Source: a virus
Length of the DNA: 64,000 bases
Strand: one strand, 5' to 3'
IMG/VR virus record: IMGVR_UViG_3300021375_001810
The notes beneath the pieces are model-generated. The model worked only from the letters and a program-made list of their open reading frames with translations, was not told the DNA's origin and searched no databases. Numbering within the stretch: the first letter of the stretch is position 1; each line of letters starts with the position of its first letter. Shown here piece after piece: positions 18,743-27,480 of this stretch. Made by a program: the position numbers and the translations under genes.

Positions 18743-19920
18743 AGATAACAGGAACACATTTAGGAATATTAATATTAGTAATGTACTTTGCGGCGCAGAC
18801 TGTTGACGCTAACGAGATTTACATCAACCAGGCTGGTGATAACATTGACATGACTATTGTTCAAGATGGTGAAAATAATGTTATTAGTTCACTTACTGGT
18901 AACGCCACTAAAGCCACAATCTCCGGTAATAACACAAGCACAACGTTTACACAAACAGGCGATGACAATGATATAGGCGTGTATATGAGTGCTGGCAATG
19001 GACAACAGACAGTTACACAAACAGGCAATACTAACTATGCTATTGTAGATTGCCACGGTAATAACTGTTCAGCAACCATTATACAAAATGGTAATAATAA
19101 TGCGGCAAATTTAGAGTTTGGTGACGGCGGTGATTACGATAACACTGGTACAATTACACAAGACGGTGACTACAATACGGCTGGTACAGAAATCAATGGC
19201 GACGACAACACTGTTGTAATGGATCAGGATGGTGACTACAATAGTATTGGAGGAATTACCAGCGCACCAATTACTGGTGATAACAATGTACTATCAATGA
19301 TACAAGATGGCGACTATATGACTTTTGAAGGACATCTTGTAGGTAGTAATAATAGTTTAACATCATTTCAAGGCGGCGGAGCCAACAGTAGTTTTATTCG
19401 TGTTAGTACAGTTGGAAGCAATAACACAGGTGATCTACGTCAAGGTAAGAAGATGGACGGATCAGTTGACGGCAATGATAGTGGTAACCATGAACAATAC
19501 ATAACAGTAGTTGGCGATGGTAATACTGTTGATACGTCACAGGTAAACAGTAACGGTGCAAGTTCAGATCATCATATGGCACATATTATAACAGGTGATA
19601 GTAACACACTAAGTCACTTGCAATATGCAGATAGTAAAAAACAAGGCTTCATCGAAATAACAGGCGACAACAATAATGTCGAACTTGAACAAAGAAATAG
19701 TGCAACTCATTTTGCTGACATAGTATTAACTGGAGACGGACATTCTGTATACGGTGAGCAACGTGGGTATGGATCGCATAATATAACAGTAGATCTAACT
19801 AACTCAGGCGGAGCATACAATATGTCAACTACACAAAATTCATCAACTGCACAAACTTACACACTAACCGGGAGTTGTGCAAATGCTAACGGATGTGGTA
19901 TTATAATTACCCAAAACTAA
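18739..19920 (+). CDS. Curlin-repeat protein (CsgA-like), long
   Basis: Signal peptide; many TQTGDDN/QNGNNN/QDGDYN repeats; Gly/Asn/Gln/Thr rich. Confidence 0.8.
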   Translation: MKITGTHLGILILVMYFAAQTVDANEIYINQAGDNIDMTIVQDGENNVISSLTGNATKATISGNNTSTTFTQTGDDNDIGVYMSAGNGQQTVTQTGNTNYAIVDCHGNNCSATIIQNGNNNAANLEFGDGGDYDNTGTITQDGDYNTAGTEINGDDNTVVMDQDGDYNSIGGITSAPITGDNNVLSMIQDGDYMTFEGHLVGSNNSLTSFQGGGANSSFIRVSTVGSNNTGDLRQGKKMDGSVDGNDSGNHEQYITVVGDGNTVDTSQVNSNGASSDHHMAHIITGDSNTLSHLQYADSKKQGFIEITGDNNNVELEQRNSATHFADIVLTGDGHSVYGEQRGYGSHNITVDLTNSGGAYNMSTTQNSSTAQTYTLTGSCANANGCGIIITQN

Positions 19921-19968
19921 ATAAATACTACTGACAGCAGAAGGCAGACTGCTAGAAAGTAGGGCGTA

Positions 19969-20451
19969 TTGATAGATCCATTCACCGCCGTAGCCGCGGC
20001 AACCACAGCGTTTAATACTGTAAAAAAATTCGTACACGCTGGTCAAGAATTTGAAAATTGTATGGGCCAAATGGGCAAGTGGTACACTAGTGTATCTGAC
20101 TTCCGTAAAGGTCAGCAGATGCAAAAGAATCCTCCAATATTTAGAAAACTATTAGCCTCAGGCTCAGTTGAAGAAGAAGCACTCAATCTCCTTATCCACG
20201 AAAAGAAAATTATGGAGATGGAAAAAGAACTTCAACAAATGCTAAACATACGTTTTGGCTTTGGAACTTGGGACGAGCTAAAAGAAATGCAACGTAAGAT
20301 ACGTGCTAAACGTGAACGTGAAGTATACAAACAAGCAGAAGCAAAGCAAGCATTAATAAACGGTGTTGCTATTACTTTATTAATAGGAGCATTAGTTAGT
20401 ATGCTTGGAGGATTGTTTTACTTTATATTAAAGGCCAAAGGAATGATTTAA
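19969..20451 (+). CDS. Hypothetical protein with C-terminal TM helix
   Basis: TTG start; (M)IDPFTAVAAA N-terminus; ATAAATA at 19921. Confidence 0.7.
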   Translation: MIDPFTAVAAATTAFNTVKKFVHAGQEFENCMGQMGKWYTSVSDFRKGQQMQKNPPIFRKLLASGSVEEEALNLLIHEKKIMEMEKELQQMLNIRFGFGTWDELKEMQRKIRAKREREVYKQAEAKQALINGVAITLLIGALVSMLGGLFYFILKAKGMI

Positions 20452-20452
20452 A

Positions 20453-20674
20453 TTGAAATATGTCTACAAGAATTTAGTATATGATAATAGGGATACCAAA
20501 GGATTATTATATAGAGATGGTAAACTTTTGTTTATGGGAAATACTTGGAGTGGTATATTACAATTTTTAGCATACAGCAACAACGCACCTGAAGTACGAG
20601 AAATGTTTAAAGCACAACTTGAACAGCGCGAACAAATAAAATTTAAACAGCATCAAAGAGATATAGAAAAATGA
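20453..20674 (+). CDS. Hypothetical protein
   Basis: 73-aa ORF filling the operon gap. Confidence 0.5.
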   Translation: MKYVYKNLVYDNRDTKGLLYRDGKLLFMGNTWSGILQFLAYSNNAPEVREMFKAQLEQREQIKFKQHQRDIEK

Positions 20675-20889
20675 TACATGCCTTTATGTTAATTGTGTTG
20701 ATAGCAGAAGTTCAACAACCATCGCCTATGTATTTTAGGAGTATAGATGTGTGTCAATACTACGCTAAACGTATACCTCGACAGTATGGTAACTATGGAT
20801 CAAAGTATCTTGTGCCTAAAGAACACAGAATTACAGCTTATTGTAAGCCTGTAAAGGTTCAAGACGGACCTTACATATACGATCATTAA
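20671..20889 (+). CDS. Small hypothetical protein with two Cys
   Basis: MIHAFMLIV..MYFRSIDVC...AYCKP. Confidence 0.6.
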   Translation: MIHAFMLIVLIAEVQQPSPMYFRSIDVCQYYAKRIPRQYGNYGSKYLVPKEHRITAYCKPVKVQDGPYIYDH

Positions 20890-20899
20890 TAAATACTGT

Positions 20900-22951
20900 A
20901 TGACGAAGTATATCACACACTGGTCAGTAGCATTTATTACTGCCTTTATAATGATAATGTTACACTACGGTGATAGTACTGTAGTGCAAACAGCTCGGCT
21001 CAAGCAATTTGATTTACTTCAACAAACTGACGAGCCCCAACTCTCCCAAGATATTGTAGTAGTCACTATCGACGAACCAGCTATTGAAAAGTACGGTCAA
21101 TGGCCTTGGAGGCGTGATCAGATTGCAGATATAATCTGGAAGCTGCGCGAGGCAGGTGCTGGTATTATTGTAATACCTATTATGTTTTCTGAACCTGATA
21201 GATTAGGTGGAGATAATATTTTATCCGAAGCACTTGTAGATAACGGAGTAGTAATTGCACAAACAGGAACTACCTCTGTTAATAAGAATCCTGTTCCTAG
21301 AGGCGTAGCCAAAATAGGAGATCCTTTACCATACATGTTTGAATGGCCGGGGATGTTAGGACCAATTCCATTGCTAGGTGAAGCGGCAGACGGTGTAGGT
21401 GTTTTAAACACAGCACCAGAAATAGACGGTGTAGTAAGACGTGTTCCGCTCATCATGCGTATCGGTGAAGATACGTATCCTGCTTTAGCAGTGGAAGTAA
21501 TTAGGACAGCGACAGGAAATCCTAGTTATCAAGTAAAAGCGAATCAAGGCGGTATTGAAGCTGTACGTGTTCCGGGTTACCCGATTATCAAAACCGATCC
21601 TAATGCACAAATATGGTTACGTTGGAATAAACAGTTTGAAGAAATTAGTTTAGTAGACGAAGATCAATTTTGGGCTTTAGAAGGTAAGACAGTAATCCTT
21701 GGAATAACCGCAGAAGGAATTGGGGGACTTATTGCAAGTCCAACCGGACCGCAATATAATTACATACCAGCGGCAGTAACCTTACAAACAGTAATGGACG
21801 GAGATCAAATACAACGTCCATTCTGGGCACTCTTAGCAGAAATGATCACAACAGGAATCTTAGGCATAGCCCTTGTGCTAGTTGGACGTTTTGCACCTTA
21901 TTGGTTAGTTGGTACAAAGATAGTTGCATTTAGTGGAGCGTTAGTGTATGGTGCATACTATGCATGGACAAACTACTTGTATCTACTTGACATAACTATG
22001 CCGCTGGCTACTGTAATACTTGTAGGCTTACATTCTGTGTTTAATAGATTTGTAAGTGAATACCTACAAAAGCAAGAAATTAAAAAGCAATTTGCAGGAT
22101 ATGCATCACCTACTATTGTACGTATGTTACAGGAAAATCCTGCACTGATCAAAGACGGTATGAAGAAAGAAGTTAGTATATGTTTTAGTGACCTTAGAGG
22201 TTTTACTCCTTTAGGTGAAAGTTTTGGCGATGACGTTAAAGGCCTAACAAAAATAATGAATGGTTACATGGATGCAATTACACAGCCAGTACTAGACGCC
22301 GACGGTATGATTATTAAGTATATTGGTGATGCTAGTATGCATGTACACAATGCTCCAATTGATGATCCTGATCATCCTAAGAGTGCTGTACAATGTGGAC
22401 TAGATATGTTAAAAGCAGTGGAGAAGTTTAATGAAACATTACAACGAGATAACCGTCCGCCAGTGGGTATGGGTGCTGGCATTAATACTGGTTTGGGGTA
22501 CCTTGGTGAAATGGGTAGCACAAGGAGACATTCGTATGACGTTCTTGGCGACTCAGTATCAACAGCAGCAAGGATTGAATCAAAGTGTAAGGAATACGGG
22601 TGTACCTTACTAGTAGGAGACGCTACATACCAACGTACTAAGTCGGACTTCTTTTACTTAAAAATAGATGACTTAGCAGTAAAAGGAAAAACTGTCGGTA
22701 TAACAATATGGACAGTGTTAGACAATAGACGTCCGGCCTGGCGTGTAGCACAACGTAAACACGAGGATATGCACGAAGCATATAAAGCTCAAAAGTTTGA
22801 CAAAGCAATAGAGTTATGTAATACACTACATAATCATTTTGATGGCAAGATGTCTGACTATTATGATATGTGGATAGAACGTTGCAAATTCCAAAAAACT
22901 CAAGACCTACCTAAAGATTGGAATGGAGTATTCATTGCCACAACAAAATGA
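20900..22951 (+). CDS. CHASE2-domain class III adenylate/guanylate cyclase
   Basis: CHASE2 (IDE..I..YGQWPW.R, DGVVRRVP), 3 TM helices, cyclase FSDLRGFT, IIKYIGDA, GINTG, YDVLGDSVSTAARIE. Confidence 0.95.
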   Translation: MTKYITHWSVAFITAFIMIMLHYGDSTVVQTARLKQFDLLQQTDEPQLSQDIVVVTIDEPAIEKYGQWPWRRDQIADIIWKLREAGAGIIVIPIMFSEPDRLGGDNILSEALVDNGVVIAQTGTTSVNKNPVPRGVAKIGDPLPYMFEWPGMLGPIPLLGEAADGVGVLNTAPEIDGVVRRVPLIMRIGEDTYPALAVEVIRTATGNPSYQVKANQGGIEAVRVPGYPIIKTDPNAQIWLRWNKQFEEISLVDEDQFWALEGKTVILGITAEGIGGLIASPTGPQYNYIPAAVTLQTVMDGDQIQRPFWALLAEMITTGILGIALVLVGRFAPYWLVGTKIVAFSGALVYGAYYAWTNYLYLLDITMPLATVILVGLHSVFNRFVSEYLQKQEIKKQFAGYASPTIVRMLQENPALIKDGMKKEVSICFSDLRGFTPLGESFGDDVKGLTKIMNGYMDAITQPVLDADGMIIKYIGDASMHVHNAPIDDPDHPKSAVQCGLDMLKAVEKFNETLQRDNRPPVGMGAGINTGLGYLGEMGSTRRHSYDVLGDSVSTAARIESKCKEYGCTLLVGDATYQRTKSDFFYLKIDDLAVKGKTVGITIWTVLDNRRPAWRVAQRKHEDMHEAYKAQKFDKAIELCNTLHNHFDGKMSDYYDMWIERCKFQKTQDLPKDWNGVFIATTK

Positions 22952-23001
22952 TTTTAGTAGTTTAAGTATTGAAGAAAAAGTAATTAATATTAAAAGAAGA
23001 A

Positions 23002-23367
23002 TTAGTGAAATGCAACTAAGGCTACGATTGCAAAATACGTCGAAAAGTGCAAGGCCTGATCCAATGTTTGAACACGAAAGAACGTTGGACTTGAACGAGA
23101 AATCCCAAGCAACTTCACACACGTCGACTTCCAAAAATCAATATGCCAGTGCGCCAAATGATCTAAAAGCGAAACTACTAAAGCACACTCAACAGAAGTA
23201 AAGTTTAAAGTTATTAAAAACGTAAGTAAACTATGCTGAGCATAGTGTATTTGACCGTTACCTAAGTATTTTGTTTTGTCAATATTCTTGTTAAATGTCT
23301 GAAGGAATAAGTCTGCAAAAGTATGCTTTATTACTAATAAAAATAATAAAACAACCTCGGGACTCAT
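23002..23367 (-). CDS. DUF3307-like membrane protein
   Basis: KHTFADLFLQ, HYAQH, HWHIDFWK, DQALH. Confidence 0.8.
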   Translation of the reverse strand: MSPEVVLLFLLVIKHTFADLFLQTFNKNIDKTKYLGNGQIHYAQHSLLTFLITLNFTSVECALVVSLLDHLAHWHIDFWKSTCVKLLGISRSSPTFFRVQTLDQALHFSTYFAIVALVAFH

Positions 23368-23693
23368 TTGGTTGACTTCTTATTCTCTTTAGCCTGAGAA
23401 ATAGCGTCTTCGATTTCATCTAGATCAAGGTCAAAACTTTTGCCAGTGAGCTTTTCATACTGTTCTTTAAATTCTAGTATCATGTTAATCTTTTGATTAA
23501 GTCTAATCATATCGTTATCAAGCATACGTATACGATCAATTAGTGCAATTAGTGTACTGTTTGCTTCACCTAGTACAGGTTTAATTTCTGTTGTAACCCA
23601 TTTCCATACGTAGTAGACAAAGTATCCAAGACCCATGGCTGCAATAATGGGAAAGCCGTATTGGTTTATTGCGTCAATTAAGTCTTGAGACAT
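23364..23693 (-). CDS. Small membrane + coiled-coil protein (GFPI family, paralog A)
   Basis: QYGFPII TM then LIDRIRMLDNDMIRL; RBS AGGAG. Confidence 0.75.
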   Translation of the reverse strand: MSQDLIDAINQYGFPIIAAMGLGYFVYYVWKWVTTEIKPVLGEANSTLIALIDRIRMLDNDMIRLNQKINMILEFKEQYEKLTGKSFDLDLDEIEDAISQAKENKKSTK

Positions 23694-23702
23694 GTATTAC
23701 TC

Positions 23703-23867
23703 CTATATTGCTAGACTAAGTCCTATTACTAGTCCAAATATTGCGCCAAACAAAAATAAAGGTGTTCCTATTGCAAAAACATCTCTATAAAAATCTTTTG
23801 CCTGGGCGTCTAGCCATGCCTGGGTTGTTGGATTTTGATTGTTGTAGAATTTATCCCACTTGGTCAT
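23703..23867 (-). CDS. Small membrane protein (54 aa, not in ORF track)
   Basis: MTKWDKFYNNQNPTTQAWLDAQAKDFYRDVFAIGTPLFLFGAIFGLVIGLSLAI; fills the gap between neighbours. Confidence 0.65.
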   Translation of the reverse strand: MTKWDKFYNNQNPTTQAWLDAQAKDFYRDVFAIGTPLFLFGAIFGLVIGLSLAI

Positions 23868-24146
23868 TTAATCTCTCCTAGCGTCTTCTTTGCCTTCGTT
23901 AGCGGCTATACGTTCAACGTTAGGTTTTACGTTAAGTGCATAACTCATAAGAGCGTCGATCTTAACTAGATCATTGTTCATTGTTTGAACTCGATTGTTT
24001 AGAGCGGTAATCATACCTTTAAGTCCATTGACACTTCCAGTAACACTGTCGAGAATAAATCTTAATGTAGTGAACACAAATAATCCGCTTGCTAAAGCCC
24101 CCGCAATTGGAAAACCTACGTCTCCTACTATCTTTAAAAATTCCAT
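23868..24146 (-). CDS. Small membrane + coiled-coil protein (GFPI family, paralog B)
   Basis: DVGFPIA TM then LNNRVQTMNNDLVKI. Confidence 0.75.
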   Translation of the reverse strand: MEFLKIVGDVGFPIAGALASGLFVFTTLRFILDSVTGSVNGLKGMITALNNRVQTMNNDLVKIDALMSYALNVKPNVERIAANEGKEDARRD

Positions 24147-24210
24147 TGTTCTATATTAGTCCCTCACGCTCTCGCTACAAGTATTTACCATTTTTACTTT
24201 CGTTTATAGG

Positions 24211-24239
24211 TTGACAAATATAAGTAATGATGCTATTAT
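24211..24239 (+). promoter_or_regulatory. sigma70-like promoter
   Basis: TTGACA-17-TATTAT. Confidence 0.7.
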
Positions 24240-24269
24240 AACTAAACAATAGAAATTTAAGGAGTTTTT

Positions 24270-24833
24270 ATGAAAGAAGGCGTACAAGTCCCGGCAGTTG
24301 ATTTTAAATATAGAGTTAGAACTGACGGACAACCAATTACGTTTGTAGATACATCAAACGGTCAAGCAAATCCATTTGAATGGAAAACTGTTACGTCATC
24401 AGAAATTTTTGATGGAAAAAGAGTTGTAGTATTTTCACTACCCGGTGCATTTACTCCAACATGTAGTACATACCAAGTACCAGGATTTGAAGAACTATAT
24501 GATCAAATTCGTAACTTAGACGTAGACGAAATTTATGTTGTTAGTGTTAACGACACATTTGTTATGCGTAAGTGGATGATTGATCAAGACGTAAAGAATA
24601 TTAAATTTATTCCAGACGGAGCAGGTGAGTTTACTCAAATGATGGGTATGCTTGTTTGTAAACCTGAGCAAGGCTTTGGTAATAGATCGTGGCGTTATGC
24701 AATGGTAGTTAAAAATGGCGTAGTAGAAAAGTTCTTTGAAGAGCCAGGACGTAACAATCATAGTGACGACAATGATCCATACGGTGAAACAGATCCGAAA
24801 AAAGTATTAGAGTATTTAAAGACTGTTGCCTAA
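24270..24833 (+). CDS. Peroxiredoxin (Prx5 type)
   Basis: VVFSLPGAFTPTCS, SVNDTFVM, GFGNRSWRYAM. Confidence 0.95.
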   Translation: MKEGVQVPAVDFKYRVRTDGQPITFVDTSNGQANPFEWKTVTSSEIFDGKRVVVFSLPGAFTPTCSTYQVPGFEELYDQIRNLDVDEIYVVSVNDTFVMRKWMIDQDVKNIKFIPDGAGEFTQMMGMLVCKPEQGFGNRSWRYAMVVKNGVVEKFFEEPGRNNHSDDNDPYGETDPKKVLEYLKTVA

Positions 24834-25376
24834 ATGAAAGTACATGAATTATATGATTGGGGTAATCTAATTACACCAGATCAGCGATTCGAAATGTGTA
24901 AAGATATTAGTAATCTTATTGCACAGGGAAAGTACTGGGATAATAGTCCTCCCTATCAGACTAACGTAAACATCTTTGGCGAGCCAGGAGAACACTGGAC
25001 TAATTTAAAGATGAGTTTTATCTGGAGTTGTTTTGCTTACATGAAACAAGAAAGACAGATAAAGAGCGTTAAGAGTTGGGGATATAGAACTAATATAAAG
25101 ACCCAAGAAAATCGTGATACATATTGGCATCAGCATGATAGACAAGGCTCTACTACAATAAGTGGAGTATACTATTTGCACCTGCCAATAGCAGAGGAAA
25201 ACGATTTAGAAACATCTGGTACAGAACTTGCACCTAATGGAATATCATCTGAGACTTATTATGCTCCATGGCGTAAAGGTAATTGGATGATATTTCCAGG
25301 CAAGACATGGCACCGTCCGGGCATACTAGCGTGTGACGAAGATAGATTTATTGTTGCCGCAGATATGGAGTTTTAA
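24834..25376 (+). CDS. 2OG-Fe(II) oxygenase-like protein
   Basis: WHQHD, ISGVYY, IFPG..WH, R. Confidence 0.7.
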   Translation: MKVHELYDWGNLITPDQRFEMCKDISNLIAQGKYWDNSPPYQTNVNIFGEPGEHWTNLKMSFIWSCFAYMKQERQIKSVKSWGYRTNIKTQENRDTYWHQHDRQGSTTISGVYYLHLPIAEENDLETSGTELAPNGISSETYYAPWRKGNWMIFPGKTWHRPGILACDEDRFIVAADMEF

Positions 25377-25528
25377 TGGGTTATCCAACACAAGGTCACA
25401 TAGCTAAAGACGTAGCAGAACTTAAGAAGCTCGTACAAGAGTGCGAATCCGAAATTGATAGAATTAAACAACTAGCCGTAAGAAACGGTGAATTAATTAG
25501 AGAAGTTTTAAAGAAATTGGAATCCTAA
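25376..25528 (+). CDS. Small coiled-coil protein (50 aa, not in ORF track)
   Basis: TAATG-coupled start; MGYPTQGHIAKDVAELKKLVQEC... Confidence 0.55.
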   Translation: MGYPTQGHIAKDVAELKKLVQECESEIDRIKQLAVRNGELIREVLKKLES

Positions 25529-25575
25529 TGGTTGACACAAGAGGTAAGATCAACTATAATAATTTTATATTATAC

Positions 25576-25652
25576 GCGGCTGTAGCTCAGCTGGATAGAG
25601 CATTGGTCTACGAAACCAAGGGTCAGGAGTTCGAATCTCTTCAGCCGCGCCA
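25576..25652 (+). tRNA. tRNA-Arg(ACG)
   Basis: Cloverleaf; anticodon arm TTGGT-CTACGAA-ACCAA; encoded CCA. Confidence 0.95.
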
Positions 25653-25675
25653 AAGAGTCTTAAGGAGGACCTATT

Positions 25676-26419
25676 ATGGCAAAACGTAGATTTAGAATTG
25701 ATGCCGGTCGATATGGCGGCGAACTTGTAATTGGTAAAATTAATGCTGACTTTGTAGAACACATGCGTGACTATGATGAATCAGATCTTATTGATACTAT
25801 AACAGGGTATGAATGGGAAGATGAAGAAATGGGCATTGCTGATGCACCTAAACCTAAGGATGAATTTTATGCTTGGCATGAGTGCGATGACATTGAACAT
25901 CTAAACAATGCATATGCTGACGGAGGCTTTGTAATTAACGAAGTTCCTGCAGATGGCTCAGATGATTTTAACTGGGACGAAAACGAAATCAATACAGATG
26001 GTTATCATCTGTATGGTAGAGAAGCATATCATGATGATGAACTTCCTGAACCAAGTGATTACCTGTCAGAAGAGGACATTGCAAATATGTTCCCAGTACT
26101 TGTATTCCACAGTGGTGAAAAAGGTGGCTTTGCATCTTACTTTGTAGAAACAGATGGCGAAGACTTTGATCCTAAGAAACTTGCATTTAGTTCTGTCGAA
26201 ACTAACGTTTCAGAAATTATCGAAAATGTATATTACGATAAAGTAGAGCTAGAAGCAGACTATGATTACAACGACACAACAGGCAAAGGATACTATGCAC
26301 AAGTAGGCTATATGAATCCTAAGTATCGTGATGATCCTAATCAATACACAGACGAGTACCTAGAAGAAGAAGGATACTGGGAGTGTTACGAGGACCATTT
26401 GCTAGAGGAAGATGAATAA
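25676..26419 (+). CDS. Highly acidic hypothetical protein
   Basis: 247 aa, D/E rich, RBS AGGAGG. Confidence 0.8.
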   Translation: MAKRRFRIDAGRYGGELVIGKINADFVEHMRDYDESDLIDTITGYEWEDEEMGIADAPKPKDEFYAWHECDDIEHLNNAYADGGFVINEVPADGSDDFNWDENEINTDGYHLYGREAYHDDELPEPSDYLSEEDIANMFPVLVFHSGEKGGFASYFVETDGEDFDPKKLAFSSVETNVSEIIENVYYDKVELEADYDYNDTTGKGYYAQVGYMNPKYRDDPNQYTDEYLEEEGYWECYEDHLLEEDE

Positions 26420-26550
26420 ATATATGCATGGGTGACACTAAAGAATTCGTGCCGTATTCCTTTTCTAAGGATTTTATATTAGTTTGTTCAATAGGACTTA
26501 ATATAGGATTTATAGTAGGTTTACTTTTATTATAATTGGAGACAAAATTA

Positions 26551-26778
26551 ATGTCAGATAAAAACGTATATGAATTTAAAGCAGAGGATATCTTTGAAGA
26601 TATTAAAGATGATCCAAACAATGTGCTAATGAATATTCCACCAGAGATATCTGAAAAGATGGGCTGGAAGGAAGGTGACGTTTTAGATATTAAACTCATG
26701 CATGACACCAAATCAATATCAATTAAGAAAATAGAAGATGCTGATGATTTGATTCCTAATTTGGAGAAAGATGTCTAA
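26551..26778 (+). CDS. AbrB/MazE-like DNA-binding protein
   Basis: [21 protein letters not shown]. Confidence 0.7.
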   Translation: MSDKNVYEFKAEDIFEDIKDDPNNVLMNIPPEISEKMGWKEGDVLDIKLMHDTKSISIKKIEDADDLIPNLEKDV

Positions 26779-26986
26779 AGACGGATTACTAGAGTTAGAG
26801 GGTAAAATATTACAAGTTTTACCCAATCAAATTTACAAAGTTGAACTTGAAAACGGACACGTAATAACTTGTTATACAGGTGGTAGATTGCGTAAGAACA
26901 AGATCCGAATGATATTGAACGACAAAGTTAGGGTAGAAATGACCCCATACGATCTGTCCAAAGGACGAATTACCTTTAGATTATAA
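26771..26986 (+). CDS. infA: Translation initiation factor IF-1
   Basis: [23 protein letters not shown]....[19 protein letters not shown]. Confidence 0.96.
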   Translation: MSKDGLLELEGKILQVLPNQIYKVELENGHVITCYTGGRLRKNKIRMILNDKVRVEMTPYDLSKGRITFRL

Positions 26987-26987
26987 G

Positions 26988-27016
26988 TTGACATCAGTAG
27001 TATATGATGCTATAAT
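26988..27016 (+). promoter_or_regulatory. sigma70-like promoter (perfect consensus)
   Basis: TTGACA-17-TATAAT. Confidence 0.8.
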
Positions 27017-27045
27017 ATACATATAACCTAAAAAAGAAGGCGTGT

Positions 27046-27480
27046 ATGTTTATTACAGTTACAGGTGGCAAACCTAATCAACGCAAATATGTAGAGAGCA
27101 TGGCAGAGTTTTGTGTTAAAACTTTAATGCCTCGTATGCGTACTCTTGAAATTACTGTAAAACTGAAGAAGCCCAAAGACGCTATGGGGTATTGCCTAGA
27201 AGGTGATAGCAATAGAGAGTTTGAAATAGAACTTGATTGTACTCAAAAATTACGTCCTTTATTAGAAACACTTGCTCACGAGATGGTTCACGTTAAACAG
27301 TTTGCTCGTAGAGAGTTGCATCCTTCAACAGACACATGGTATGGTAAAACATATAATCCTAAGAAAATCAGTTACTGGGACCTTCCATGGGAAATAGAAG
27401 CACACGGTAGAGAGTGTGGCTTGTTTATCCGTTGGGCTGAAGAAAAAGGTTTTGCCAAATATAAGTGGACACAGTTATAG
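27046..27480 (+). CDS. Zincin-like metallopeptidase
   Basis: LAHEMVHVKQ (HExxH), PWEIEA. Confidence 0.75.
   Translation: MFITVTGGKPNQRKYVESMAEFCVKTLMPRMRTLEITVKLKKPKDAMGYCLEGDSNREFEIELDCTQKLRPLLETLAHEMVHVKQFARRELHPSTDTWYGKTYNPKKISYWDLPWEIEAHGRECGLFIRWAEEKGFAKYKWTQL

Noticed and set aside
22923-23201. 92-aa plus-strand ORF after the cyclase
   Set aside because: Largely antisense to the well-supported DUF3307-like gene; no clear RBS or motif
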